Assembly (NCBI RefSeq): GCF_018350175.1
Contig: NC_058368.1
Location: forward strand, 23,686,001 to 23,750,000
Source of the DNA: Felis catus
Taxonomy: Eukaryota
Direction of reading: 5' to 3'
DNA length: 64,000 nt
A program made the translations under genes and the position numbers. This document shows positions 1 to 12,539 of this stretch, one piece after another (the stretch's first letter is position 1; every line of letters starts with the position of its first letter). Under the pieces are notes generated by a model. The model saw only the letters and a list, made by a program, of their open reading frames with translations, was not told the origin of the DNA and did no database searches.

Positions 1-43
1 TATATAGATTTATATAGGTAGCAATGTTGAAACAGATATTATT

Positions 44-242
44 AATTTTTACTAAAATTTAAAAAATGTTCATTAATTTATTTTGAGAGAGAAAAAGGGA
101 GGGAGAGAGCAAGCGCAGGGTAGGGGTAGAGAGAGAGAGAGAATCTCAGTGCAAACCCAACATGGGGTTCGAACTCACCAACCATGAGATCATGACCAGG
201 CCCAAAGTATGACACTTAACCAACTAAGCCACACAGGCGCCC
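44..242 (-). mobile_element. Can-SINE (tRNA-derived carnivore SINE), degenerate
   Basis: Reverse-oriented tRNA-like head ending ...cacaggcgcc, (GA)n tract and T-rich tail; degenerate TSD tgaaacagatattatt (28-43) / tgaaatggatattctt (243-258). Confidence 0.9.
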
Positions 243-1103
243 TGAAATGGATATTCTTTAAGATGTTTTATACATTAAAATAGTTAGGACAAAACTCTCT
301 TACTGAAATGAAATTACTCCCCAAATGCTGTCTTCCAGATTTGCTTTTTGCACAGTGTAATCTTGGCAATTCCTCACATCTCTCAAAAGCAGGGATCTGC
401 ATTTATACTATCAAAGCATTCAGAACTTCAAACTTCCTCTCTGGCATCAACATGCTTTGCAATATCTATATTGAAAATATGGACTAAATACTTTGTGATA
501 TATATTCTCTGTGTTAATTTTGAACTTTGAAATATATGGGAGTTAGTAATTTTCTACCAGAACCAACAGCTGCAAAATAAATCGATTTTAAACTTTACAG
601 AAAAAAAGACCACATTCTGTTGATGTGTGAAGGGCTCTTAAGAGTCCTTAAAGTCCAACTCTCTACTTTTACAAATTAGGAATGGTCAGAGAATGAAATG
701 CCTGCCTGAGATTCTAGAATGCAATAGTGACACAGCCAGATATCTGGACCCTCTGCACAATTCCGTATTTCCTTTGAGCATGAAAATGAGCCCTCACTGC
801 TGCGTAACTATTTTATATAAGTGAAAACAATATATGCTTAAAAAAGATATCTTCAGTTTTTCAAGGACAAGTTCTCAGTCGAACTTGTCCAGGACTCATT
901 TAGAGGATAAAAATGATAGCTGAGTCAGTGTGAGGGTATCAGGTCTTACAAATAAGTACACGTGGATCAAAACTTGTAATTAAAAAAACAAAAACAAAAC
1001 AAAACCTCAGAGGGTAGATCTGTTTCTCCAGAATCAACGTGCTTCTTCTTTTCTGGCAATGAACATACTGTTTCAAATGTAGACTAGAATGGTTTTCCAG
1101 TCC

Positions 1104-1740
1104 AAGCAGTGTGGAGGTTCCTCATAAATTAAAAATAGACCTACCCTATGACCCAGCAATAGCACTGCTAGGAATTTACCCAAGGGATACAGGAGTACTG
1201 ATGCATAGGGGCACTTGTACCCCAATGTTTATAGTAGCACTCTCAACAATAGCCAAATTATGGAAAGAGCCTAAATGTCCATCAACTGATGAATGGATAA
1301 AGAAATTGTGGTTTATATACACAATGGAGTACTACATGGCAATGAGAAAGAACGAAATATGGCCCTTTGTAGCAACGTGGATGGAACTGGAGAGTGTGAT
1401 GCTAAGTGAAATAAGCCATACAGAGAAAGACAGATACCATATGTTTTCACTCTTATGTGGATCCTGAGAAACTTAACAGAAACCCATGGAGGAGGGGAAG
1501 GAAAAAAAAAAAAAGAGGTTAGAGTGGGAGAGAGCCAAAGCATAAGAGACTGTTAAAAACTGAGAACAAACTGAGGGTTGATGGGGGGTGGGAGGGAGGG
1601 GAGGGTGGGTGATGGGTATTGAGGAGGGCACCTTTTGGGATGAGCACTGGGTGTTGTATGGAAACCAATTTGACAATAAATTTCATATATTGAAAAAAAA
1701 AGTAATCAGAATATAAAAATAAAAAAAAATAAAAAAATAA
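1104..1740 (+). mobile_element. Young 5'-truncated LINE-1 (feline L1_Fc-like): ORF2 C-terminus, 3'UTR and polyA
   Basis: ORF 1111-1467 is the L1 ORF2 C-terminus ([13 protein letters not shown]...WKEPKCPS...SEIS); G-rich 3'UTR, AATAAA, polyA; perfect 18-bp TSD agaatggttttccagtcc (1086-1103 / 1741-1758). Confidence 0.97.
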
Positions 1741-1884
1741 AGAATGGTTTTCCAGTCCTTCTCTATAGGAACATTGGGGTTTTCATGTTCTCATTAATCA
1801 GAGATGTACTCCTAGATTCAAAGCAGCAGTACAAATAGGTAAGGATCTAGGACATATTACAGTAACTCGAAGATGCATTAATAT

Positions 1885-2065
1885 CAGGGGTTCTCAAAGT
1901 TTAGAGTGTATAAACACCATCTAAGTTTTGTTTAAAATGTGAATTCCTGGGTATTACCCAGATATTTTGATTCAGAGATGTGGGATGGGGTCTAGAAATT
2001 TGCATTTATAAAGAACAATACCAAGTGTTTCTAAAGTAGCTATGTACTCAGAGTTTTGAAATTTT
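1885..2065. mobile_element. MER5-like hAT-Charlie MITE
   Basis: caggggttctcaaagttt...ttgattcag...ggggtctagaaatttgcattt resembles the recalled MER5A consensus. Confidence 0.7.
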
Positions 2066-2806
2066 TTCTCTCAATAAAATAAAATCTTCAAGTCATTTTT
2101 TGGCGGTTGCAATTTACTTACTATCACTCCCTCTCCTTTGAAGATTCATACCTCTTTTCCATTGCAGATTTTTTAATTCTCTATTTTTAAAGTCTAAGTG
2201 TATTTTCTAAGCCTTTCCTTTGTCCCTTTATTCCTATCTTTATAGAGATGCAATGTTCCTGTAAGGCCAAAACTAAATTTAGGCAACCTCTCTTATTTCC
2301 ATAATATTTCCCACTTTTCATTTTAACTTCCATTGTGAGGACATTTTCCCTCTGTTTTCTGATGTATGTGCTTTGGAGACCTCTAAGAATCACAATGACG
2401 ATTTCTGAGTCCACTTTGAACTGCGAGTCCTTTAGCAAATAACCTGTCTTTTCCTAAGCAGTAGACATGTCACAAATCCATATACTGCAGAGGATTTGGC
2501 ACTTAGTTCTCCTAGGGAAGCTCCCCACCATGGCAAAACTAAAGAAACTTGGGGCTGAGTCAGTCATCTGAAGGAAATGCTTTGTTCTCCATAATAGAAT
2601 TAATGTCTAGCTTGTTTCTGATATCCTAGAAGGCTGAATGGTAGATCTTAGTGTATCCTTCAGTTGCTAGGCTAATAACGATAACATTTTGAAGGACAAG
2701 GAACTTTGTTCTGGGTCAAGAACATCTACATAAACTGGCCATGGTATTAGAGAGTGGTGTTTTTCTTGTGATTATTACAGATTAAATAATTTGCATTGTT
2801 GTGACA

Positions 2807-3279
2807 TGTTCTCTTTGGGTTCTCCAGAGAAAGAGAACCAATAGGAGATAAATCTGTCTACCTATCCTCTGTCTTCCTATCTACCTATCATCTATCAATC
2901 TAGAGATGTACAGACACAGATATTAAGGAACTGGCTCATGTGATTATGGAGGTGGAGAAATCCTAAGATCTTCAAAGCCAGGGAAACTGATGATCTTACT
3001 TCCCATCTAAGTCCAAGGGCAGGAGAAAAACAATGTTCTAGCTTTAGACAGGCAGAGAGAGCAATTCTCCCTTCCTGAGCCTTTTGTTCTATTCAGGCCT
3101 TCAACTGATAGGATGAGGCCCAACCACATTGTGGAGAGCAATCTGCTTTATTCAGTTGACTGTTTCAGACATTAATCTCCCCCAGAAGCATCCTCAAAGA
3201 CATATACAGAATACCATTTAACCAAATATCCGGGCACCCCATGGCCCAGTCAAGTTGATACATAAAATTAACCATCACA
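2807..3279 (-). mobile_element. MLT2-type (ERVL) solo LTR
   Basis: gggttctccagagaaagagaaccaatagga ... ggcccagtcaagttgatacataaaattaaccatcaca is the reverse complement of the MLT2 LTR termini. Confidence 0.85.
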
Positions 3280-5104
3280 GTCTACTTTTGAATACTTTCC
3301 TCCCCTTGGGTTGTTACTATAAGATAGTTCATGAATTGGTTTACATTTGTGAAAAAAATAATACTATACTCCACCTCTCCCCTGACTCCTGTGTGCCAAA
3401 CCCCAAACTACTTCCTTTTAGAGTGCCAAGTCAGAACAGGTAGTATCTATGGGGATGTAGCATTAGTCAGAGTGAAAAGACAGAAATAGTCTTCATGCAG
3501 GAGACTATAGTGGTATTTGATGCCAAACCCTGTAACAGGGTTTTCCTGGCTTCCTCCTCTGGAAATGTCCCTCCAAGGAAAAATAAAAGAGAACCAGGTA
3601 GAATTTATTGACTGATCTTATCTACATACAAGATGTAACTGACAGGATTTAGTAGTGAATTCTTACCACTAACTGACCTGGGGTGCCTAATAAAACTCCT
3701 TATTTCATTTTTTTCAATGAATACCTCAGTGCCTACTAAGTAGTGGCATCAGAGGTAGTGTGTAGAAATCAGGCATGATCTCTGGCCTTCTAGGGAAGAT
3801 GAACATACTCTGAGTTTGTTGTTGGTTGTCTAGCCTTTTCTGGGGCCTATGAGTCTGACAATCAATAATGGTATTAAAAACAGTATGCAGAACCAAGATG
3901 TCATTCTAGTTGAGCAAGTTTATTTTACTTGTCCAATTTCCCAGAACATAGAATAAGATTGCCAAAATCAGTTAAAGAAAACAAGTTGCTGCAAGGGATA
4001 GAAAAATCTCTTTCCCATCTCGGGTAAATGTTAAGGGCTGGCAGGAAGTGATTGTCAGGGAAGGGGATTGCACCCAAAAGTGACATCTGCAGTCGTTCCT
4101 GCTGACTCCCCAAGCCCTGCCTAGGGCACCACAAGCAAACTATTGTGATGAGTTTGGGGGATAATGTCTATCTACCCCCCCCCCCAATTTAACAATTGAT
4201 TGAGAGATAGAGAGGCAGGAATCCTATATCTAGAGGTTGAAATATTAGCTTTATTACTTGTGAAAGTATACTGAAGAATGTTTGGAATATAAATGGCTGG
4301 AATAAAGCTTCCTAATACAGTGCTACCTGTATAATCACAGTTCTCCCCAATAAGGGCATGTTGTTTGGAGTAGAAGTTCCTGCTCTATGTGTTATGACAG
4401 ACCCGAGTGAAGGGTTTCCCCTTTCTACTCTGCAAGTTCAGAATCAGTGAATGTAGGATTATGGCACATTCTTAAGTGTCACAATCTTCAGATTCATCCT
4501 TCACTCATAAATTTCCTTCTTCTTACATGACACTTTTTAAGAAATTATAACACAATTCCCATCACCCCCTTTTGGGAGAAGTTAGTACAGATACAAAACA
4601 ATGTACCATCAGCCAATTCCTCTACTCATGTTTCAACAAGGTTCTTAGGCCTTGCATGCAATTTCTCCATAAAGGACTAGTTCATGAGCATCTCAGAATT
4701 CAACAAGCCATACAATACACTATACCCAAATGCTAGCCCAAGTTTATATAATAGTAGAATCATGCTTATTTTCTTCTTTTAAAAAATAGTTCCTATAGTC
4801 ACATAAAAGTCACCTTAAGTAAAATCATAAGGAAGGTAAATTTGACCTCAGGGAAAATCTGGTTGCCCCTCAGCTTTAGGAAACCCCCCCTCAGGGAACC
4901 AAGGCTCATTATAGGTTGGAACCTTTCTCCAAGGCACATGCTATGTTGAGAAACACTGTCTTGTATGCTATATCTTTGTTCTCTGGCTTATTTCCTACTA
5001 AAGAGGATACTATTGGGCTTGAACGATGAAACAAACTCTATTGCAGAGTGACCTATTTTAGGTCTCGTATAATGGTATTGTTTTACTTAGTTATAAAGCA
5101 CTGC

Positions 5105-5512
5105 GAGTGTTACTCGGCGACCAAAAAGAATGAAATCTTGCAATTTGCGACAACGTGGATGGAACTAGAATGTATTACGGTAAGTGAAATAAGTCAGTCA
5201 GAGAAAGACAAATATCACATTATTCCACTCATATGTGGAATTTAAGAAACAAAACAGCTGAATATAGGGGAAGGGAAGGAAAAATAAGATAAAAACAGGG
5301 AGGCAAACCATAAGAGACGCTTTAAATACAGAGAAAAAAATGGGGGTTGCTGGAGAGGTGGTGGGGGTAGGGATGGGATAAATACGTGATGAGCATTAAG
5401 GAGGGCACTTGTGATGAGCCTGGGTGTTATATGTAAGTGATAAATCACTAAATTCTACTCCTGAAACCATTATCACACTATATGTTAACTAACTTGGATT
5501 TAAATTAGAAAA
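5105..5512 (+). mobile_element. LINE-1 3' end fragment
   Basis: KKNEILQFATTWMELE...SEISQSEKDKY ORF2 end followed by carnivore L1 3'UTR; short aagcact repeat on both flanks. Confidence 0.92.
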
Positions 5513-5563
5513 CAAGCACTTGCTCCCAGAAGGTTTCCATCTAGTATTTCCCAGTGTATAAGA

Positions 5564-5797
5564 CAGCATTTCCCTGAATGTTAATTGGCACTGTGTGGTA
5601 AAAGAAAGATTTTTATGGTCAAAGGACACTTTTGGCTAACTAAAATGTAACAGATAATCTTGGCTTATGACTTCTCAGAGCCCTTATTTTGTTATAGTAC
5701 TCTGTGAATCTCTGTGGAAGGATAGAACATGTGACCTTTTATTTGTGTAGCATTCCATGGGAATAGTTTTCTGCGGAAGACAATTTGGGACATGCTA
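5564..5797. mobile_element. Ancient hAT-Charlie MITE (MER103-like)
   Basis: cagcatttccc... and ...tttgggacatgct termini; internal ttctcagagcc/tgtgaatctc motifs. Confidence 0.5.
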
Positions 5798-5966
5798 CTC
5801 CAGAGACTTCAGACTAACAGTGGCAATTACTGTCATAATGACAAATGACAGGTATCTATATTTGGCCAGGAGAAAGTAGTTCCCTTATTTCATCATGAAT
5901 TACTAAGAGACCCAAGACAATTAGATGCGTTTAGGAAAGGGCAGCAGAATATAAAGAACAAGTTTT

Positions 5967-6447
5967 TATTTATTTATTTTTTAGATTTGTATTTTATTTT
6001 TTATTTTATTTTATTTTTTCAATAATTTATTATCAAATTAGCTGACATATAGTGTAGTCTTGGCTTCGGGAGTAGATTCCTGTGATTCATCACTTACATA
6101 CAGCACCCAGTGCTCATCCCGACACATACCCTCCTTAGTAGCCATCATCCATTCCCCCACCCCCCGCAACCCTCCACCTCCATCAACCCTCAGTTTGTTC
6201 TCTGTATTTAAGAGTCTCTTATGGTTTGCCTTCCTCTCTGTTTGTAACTTATTTTTCCTTCCCTTCCCCCATGGTCTTCTGTTAAGTTTCTAAAATTCCA
6301 TATATGAGTGAAAACATGGTACCTTTCTCTGGCTTACTTCACTTAGCATAATATACTCCAGTTCTGTCCACATCGTTGCAACTGGCAAGATTTCATTCTT
6401 TTTCATCTCGGAGTAGTGTTCCATTGTTTATATATACCACTTCTTCT
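5967..6447 (-). mobile_element. LINE-1 3' end, 5'-truncated
   Basis: (TTTTA)n tail, reverse L1 3'UTR and ORF2 end; perfect 13-bp TSD aagaacaagtttt (5954-5966 / 6448-6460). Confidence 0.95.
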
Positions 6448-6934
6448 AAGAACAAGTTTTGAAGAGAGTTAAGATCTGGATTTGAATTGTGTACTACCTG
6501 TGAGATTAGCAAATTCATTAATTCTCAGCGCCTAATTTCTTTGTGTGTAAATGTAGTAATAACAATTTTTATTTTGGGGGGATATTCAGATTATTACCTG
6601 AAATATTCTGCAAGGCTTAAATAAGAACTTGGAACATAAAGTTTGCAAAATAAATGTTTTAGCTTCTTTTCCTTCTCCAAAGTTTTTTCTCTACCTTCTT
6701 ACAGAATAAATGTAAAATGATGGAAAAATATAGTGTTTCATATCACTACATAACTTCCTTTTATATAATTATTTCAATAGGTGTTTACTATTTATGTATA
6801 TATCTACCAGTTATTATAATCTATCTTAATGGGTATCATTAAGATAAAACAGAGGCAGATTCAGCCCTCATGCAGAACTCTGCCTAGCAGAGTATTCAGT
6901 CAGGCAAAAACTGAAATGATGTCAAATAATTATA

Positions 6935-7155
6935 TATAACAATTTACCATTTTTGCGGCATCTTTCATGTATCATATCTCATTTAATTTTCACAAGAACG
7001 CTTTGAAGTATATGTTGCTATTTCCCCATTTATATACAAAGAAAGATGAGACCCAGGGAAGTTGAGCAACTTGGTCAAGGTCACCTAGCCGACAACCCTG
7101 AGCATGAACAAGGATCCAAAGCCTCTAACTCAAACTCTGTGACCTTTTCACTGTA
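6935..7155 (-). mobile_element. MIR
   Basis: atctcatttaattttcacaa...ccccattt...gagacccagggaagttgagcaacttggtcaaggtcac matches the MIR core in reverse. Confidence 0.75.
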
Positions 7156-8075
7156 TCACACAATGACTGTACTCACTGTGTTTCAAGTGAAAACTTCCTA
7201 GACAATGTTTTTCTTTTTTCAGTAAAGACCATGAGATAGACTGATAGAACGATGACCAAGGAACCTAAGAAACTTAGCTGTTTAAGGCTGATAGTTTACA
7301 GCTACAGGCTTTGAAATGTACATTTTGGAGGGTTTGGGGACTCTCAACTTTAGGCTACTAACCAATCATGTGGCGTTAACATATAATCTCAAATAAAACA
7401 GGAATAAGAGCTAGGCTTCTCCTTGGTAATAGGAACAAATGAGATATTGTCTGAAGTATGTTAGAAAGTATCAAATGTTGTATAAACATACTAATTTTTA
7501 ATTATTCAAATATGGGAAGCCGTGATAATACAAAAGTAATTAATGACTAGTTTGCAATATATTTCATGATTATCCTTGTTGGACAAGAATAACATTCATT
7601 ATTAATTGTATGCTCTCCCTGGGTATTCACTAATGAGTGGCCAATCTTGATGATTATGAGGGTAGTTTGTTAACATAACTTGCTACATATAGAGCAAACA
7701 CATCCAAGGATTGATTGTGTAAACAGTGTTTCCAAAATGGGAAGTCTCTTTAACAGTTAAGCTTTATATTTACTTAAAGCTCTTTGGAATATTTTCTTAC
7801 CTCACTGAAACATCTGGGAAATAAATTGGTATTGTGCTTTTTTTGTTTCTTCCACATAACGTATGAAGAATCTCAAGTTTTTCAAAGGATGCTCTTTCAA
7901 AATTAGTAATAACTTAAGCCCTCACAGGCAGAAAACTTTCCTAAAATTCAGTTTTTCCTCCTGCATGATCCTTTTGTGATCTATCATATGCATACATACA
8001 TAATTATTTTTTCAAATATATTTTAAGGAATAATTTGTTAGTATATAGAAAATTTGGATTAAAGTGACTAAACTC

Positions 8076-8290
8076 TTTTTTTCCTTTTCTCATTTGTTTT
8101 GTTTCTGAAATACCAGTGGAGAGGTGGGGGGGAGGAATGGGGGAAATAGGTGATGGAGATTAAAGAGTACACTTATCTTGATGAGCACTGAGTAATGTAT
8201 AGAATTGTTGAATCACTGTATTGTACACCTGAAACGAATATAATACTATAACTATACTAAAGTTAAAATAAAACATTTAATAAAAAATAA
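8076..8290 (+). mobile_element. Short LINE-1 3' end with 5' inversion
   Basis: 8076-8110 is reverse-complemented L1 3'UTR (ttccttttctcatttgttttgtttctgaaa); 8111-8290 is forward 3'UTR plus A tail; degenerate TSD actaaactc / actaaaaactc. Confidence 0.75.
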
Positions 8291-8346
8291 ACTAAAAACT
8301 CATTGTTAACAGGACTCTGGATGAGCATTTAGAAATTGAACTTCTG

Positions 8347-8924
8347 GGGGCGCCTGGGTGGCTCAGTCCATTAAGCATACGACTTCGGCTCAGGTCATGA
8401 TCTCATGGTTCATGAATTTGAACCCCGCATCAGGCTGTGTGCTGAGAGCTTGGAGCCTGGAGCCTGCTTTGGATTCTGTGTCTCCCTCTCTCTCTGTCCT
8501 TACCCTACTCATGCTCTCTCTCTCAAAAATAAACATTAAACACTCTCCAGTTCCATCCACGTTGCTACAAAAGGCCATATTTCATTCTCATTGCCACGTA
8601 GTATTCCATTGTGTATATAAACCACAATTTTTTTTTATCCATTCATCAATTGATAGACATTTAGGCTCTTTCTATAATTTGGCTATTGTTGAGAGTGCTG
8701 CTATAAACATTGGGGTACAAGTGCCCCTATGCATCAGCACTCCTGTATCCCTCGGGTAAATTCCTAGCAGTGCTATTGCTGGGTTACAGGGTAGATCTTA
8801 ATATTGAGGAGGGCACCTGTTGGGATGAGCACTGGGTGTTGTATGGAAACCAATTTGACAATAAATTTCATATTTAAAAAAATAAATAAAAAATAAATAA
8901 ACATTAAAAAATTTTTTGAAAAAA
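8347..8924 (+). mobile_element. Can-SINE whose tail is interrupted by an L1
   Basis: ggggcgcctgggtggctcag head and (CT)n; TSD agaaat(t/a)gaacttctg (8331-8346 / 8925-8940). Confidence 0.95.
8541..8893 (+). mobile_element. Young twin-primed LINE-1 nested in the SINE tail
   Basis: 8541-8798 inverted ORF2 C-terminus, ~8802-8893 forward 3' end plus polyA; TSD aaataaacattaaa on both sides. Confidence 0.92.
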
Positions 8925-9669
8925 AGAAATAGAACTTCTGGAGAACAATCTAGAAGTATTTATTTACTCTTATTTATTTTTCACTTGGAAATATTTAATG
9001 AATATTAAGTACCCACTCTAGGCTCTTTGTTAGGTGATGAGATTATTAAGGTGAACATGGTTTCTGCTTTAAAGGAACTCAAAGTCTACTAGAAAAGGAA
9101 CATAAGTGGACAGATGTGATGAAGGAGAGAGCAGACAGAACCTCTGTAGAGGCCCTAACTAGACTACCCACCTTTTTACTAAAAATAAAAACAAAACAAA
9201 CAAACAAACAAAAAACTCAAAAAACAAAAACAAACTTCATCTCCTGTATCCCAGGTTATAGTAACCTAGGACTCAGGTCAGGTCTGCCCAAGTCCTTCTC
9301 TAAGAGTTTTCAAACTTGAAGAAGGTTCGAGAAGCTTCTTTTCCTTCTGGATTAGGTGATAAAGTACGAGTCCAGAGCTGAGTATAACCATGTCCCTGGC
9401 AACATGCAGTAAAGCTGTTTTGAGACCGTGGAGATCTCAGAGCAAAGCAGAAATAAGATAGAGAGGTTCTGACAGACTTAGTTTTTAGATAGAGGCATCT
9501 TATCTCCTCCCATTGTTTGATTATTCCAGAGCCAACTAACCTTGGTCAAGGTTTGCTTTCTGCTATCAGCAACTAGAGGAACCTATACCATTGGTGTTCT
9601 AATGATGGTATGAACTAAAAGAGTATTCATACTAAAACATACAATAATTTTACTTTTAGAAATAGAGTT

Positions 9670-10212
9670 AATTCTGTATTTGTGAATTTTCCTATTCACT
9701 AAAACTTATTTGTAACACCAAAATAAATACTTCAAGCACTTTCCTAGTCATTCACAGACATCTGGAGAGGGGTGAAAAATTTGAGATTCCTATATTGTTA
9801 AACAATTGTTTTGTTTTTACCACTTTTTTGTTTGTGCTTTTTGTGTTTTGGGATTGGTTATTCTGCTGTTTAAAATAGCCCCAAGCATAGTGCTGAAGGG
9901 ATGTCTAGTACACTTATGTGCAAGGAGGTGTGATGTGACGTACAGAAAAAATACATATTTTAGGTAAGCTTCATTCAGGCATTAGTTATGGTGATTTCTA
10001 CCATGAAATCAATGTTAATGAATCAACAATATAAATAAGGTGTCTTTAAACAGAGACATACATGAAACAAGGTTTGTACTGATAGATTGGCAAAAAAAAA
10101 TGTGAGTGGAGGATTGCAGCAACCTAATCCTGTATTTCTCCAGGAGCATTGGCTCAGTATTTGCTAATTCAGTTCAGAGACACCTTAACAATGACCATTG
10201 TAAATGGCAGTA
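9670..10212 (+). mobile_element. Tigger-family DNA transposon (MER82-like)
   Basis: attctgtatttgtgaat...aagcatagtgctgaag...taagcttcattcaggcat...aacctaatcctgtatttc...gtatttgctaattcag resembles the recalled MER82 consensus. Confidence 0.75.
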
Positions 10213-11204
10213 CACTTTAAGTAAATATTAACCTCTATTTAAAAAATTAATCCTATTTACTGAGATGTTCACAGAAGCACTGTTTATAATAGTGAACAGC
10301 TGGAGGAAAGCCAGAGGTCTGACAAATGAAAAGTAGTTACACCATGTAACTACTGTAATAATAATTCTATGGATATGTCCTTATGTAAAAACACATTTAT
10401 AAAATTATATAAAATTAATAAAGTAGAAATGTTGAGACAGAGTTCACTGGCCTTAAATAACTTGAAAGAAGAAACTATATCTTACTTATTTTCTGTTTAT
10501 ATAAACTAACCTGGCATGCAGGAGATATGGCAGGTAATACATACCCACCATTGACTACTATGGAACCTATATGGCATAGTTCTAGGCAATGAGGTCCAAA
10601 TGAAAGACTCTTGGGTAAAGATTCATGGAAAGCTATTTTTTTTTAAGTGGACATACTCAGTGGCACCCATATTTTGCCCATTATCCTTTCCATGTCTTTT
10701 AACTTGGAACTTGGGTGTTGTTACTGCTGCAGGAGCCATTTTTCAGCATAAGTATGAAAGACATCAGGTCTGCCAAGCTGCCTAGCTCCAAGAGAGAACA
10801 GATTATTAATGGTGGATACTATTCCTGTCTAACAAAGATAATCATGAAATGTATTGCAAACCAATTATTCATTGCATTGGTATTATCACTGCTTCCCACA
10901 TTCAAGAGAAGAATTAAAAATTAGTTCATTTATACATTCTAAAGTACTTCAAGATAGTAGCTCATTTGTTCTTATTACCAAAGAGAAGCCTAGTTATTGT
11001 TCTTGTTTTATTTGAGATAATATCTTAAGGCCATACGGTTAGGTCATAGCATGAGGCAGAGGGTCCCATCATTTCAAGGGCATTTAAAAGGGTATTCTGT
11101 AGCTGAAACTATTTATCAGCCTTATCCCTTTGGAATATGAATAGTAAATGTTCTCTCTGAAGTGGTACAATATATTAACCTTGAAATATAGATAATAAAG
11201 CAAC

Positions 11205-11720
11205 TGTACAGAAGAGAAAACATGCACGGCCAGTAAACATATGAAAAGATGCTTAAACTCACATAGAAATGCAAGATAAAACCACAATGAAATATTTCAT
11301 ACAAATAAAATGGGAAAAATTAGTCTGAACTAACTAAATTCTGAAAAGAATGTTGAGATATAAAAACTATCACAGTCTTCTAGAGGAAAGATGCAATCAT
11401 TTGCAGAGCAATTCAATTTGTCAATATCTTAAAGTTGAAGATGCTTATATTCTGCAACTTAACAATTCTAGTATTAGAAATATATCCTAGAAAAACTCAA
11501 GTGCGTATGCCCGAGAAGACAAATACAAGGATATTTACAGCAGCATTTTTGGTGATAATAAAAATACAGGAATAACCTATGTGTCCAATGAGAGGAGAAT
11601 GGATGAATTAATTATAATATATCCAGAAGATGGAATATTCTACAGCAATGAAAACAGATAAGCCAGTGGTATCCATACAAATGTGGCTAAATCCCAAAAA
11701 TAGTACTGAGTGAAAAAGCA
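11205..11720 (+). mobile_element. Old L1M (L1MC/ME-type) ORF2 end
   Basis: aaacatatgaaaagatgc...aaaccacaatgaaatat...gaatggatgaa...tggaatattctacagcaatgaaaa, a diverged ORF2 C-terminus. Confidence 0.8.
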
Positions 11721-11851
11721 CTACATAAGGTTAAATGTTTTATTTGAGCATCTGTATAAAGGAATACATCTCTCAAAGAAAACTAGATAGATTCTAATAT
11801 GAATTAGAATGATCAACACCAAGTTGTGATTGAATGGTCATTTTAGTTTTA

Positions 11852-12390
11852 TTTTTTTAAATTTTTATCTTTATCTTTTTTTTAAATATATGAAATTTAT
11901 TGTCAAATTGGTTTCCGTAAAATACCCAGTGCTCATCCCAAAAGATGCTCTCTTCAATACCCATCACCCACCCTGCCCTCCCTCCCACCCCCCATCATCC
12001 CTCAGTTTGTTCTCAGTTTTTAAGAGTCTCTTATGCTTTGGCTCTCTCCCAATCTAACCTCTCTTTTTTTTTTTCCTTCCCCTCCCCCATGGGTTCCTGT
12101 TAAGTTTCTCAGGATCCACATAAAAGTGAAAACATATGGTATCTGTCTTTCTCTCTATGGCTTATTTCACTTAGCATAACACTCTCCAGTTCCGTCCATG
12201 TTGCTGCAAAGGGCCGTATTTCATTCTTTCTCATTGCCACATAGTACTCCATTGTGTATATAAACCACAATTTCTTTATCCATTCATCAGTTGATGGACA
12301 TTTAGGCTCTTTCCATAATTTGGCTATTGTTGCGAGTGCTGCTATAAACATTGGGGTACAAGTGCCCCTATGCATCAGTACTTTTTTTTT
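11852..12390 (-). mobile_element. Young 5'-truncated LINE-1 (same subfamily as 1104-1740)
   Basis: ORF 12109-12375 matches the ORF2 end of the first copy at 81 of 88 aa; TSD ttttagtttta (11841-11851 / 12391-12401). Confidence 0.96.
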
Positions 12391-12539
12391 TTTTAGTTTT
12401 AAAGAATGGTCTAAAGAAATTTGGCAAAGTGCTGGGATACCAAAGGGCTAAATAACTGAATATAGGCATTTCTTTTATCACATTGTTCTTTGCATTAGTC
12501 TAAATGTTTTGGGTATTCCATAATTTAAGAATATACATA

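Noticed and set aside
1574..1618. G-quadruplex-forming tract
   Set aside because: Real, but a standard feature of L1 3'UTRs.
8358..8759. 133-aa ORF as a novel protein
   Set aside because: It is SINE read-through fused to inverted L1; the MAQSV...SAQVMIS peptide recurs in most SINE copies.
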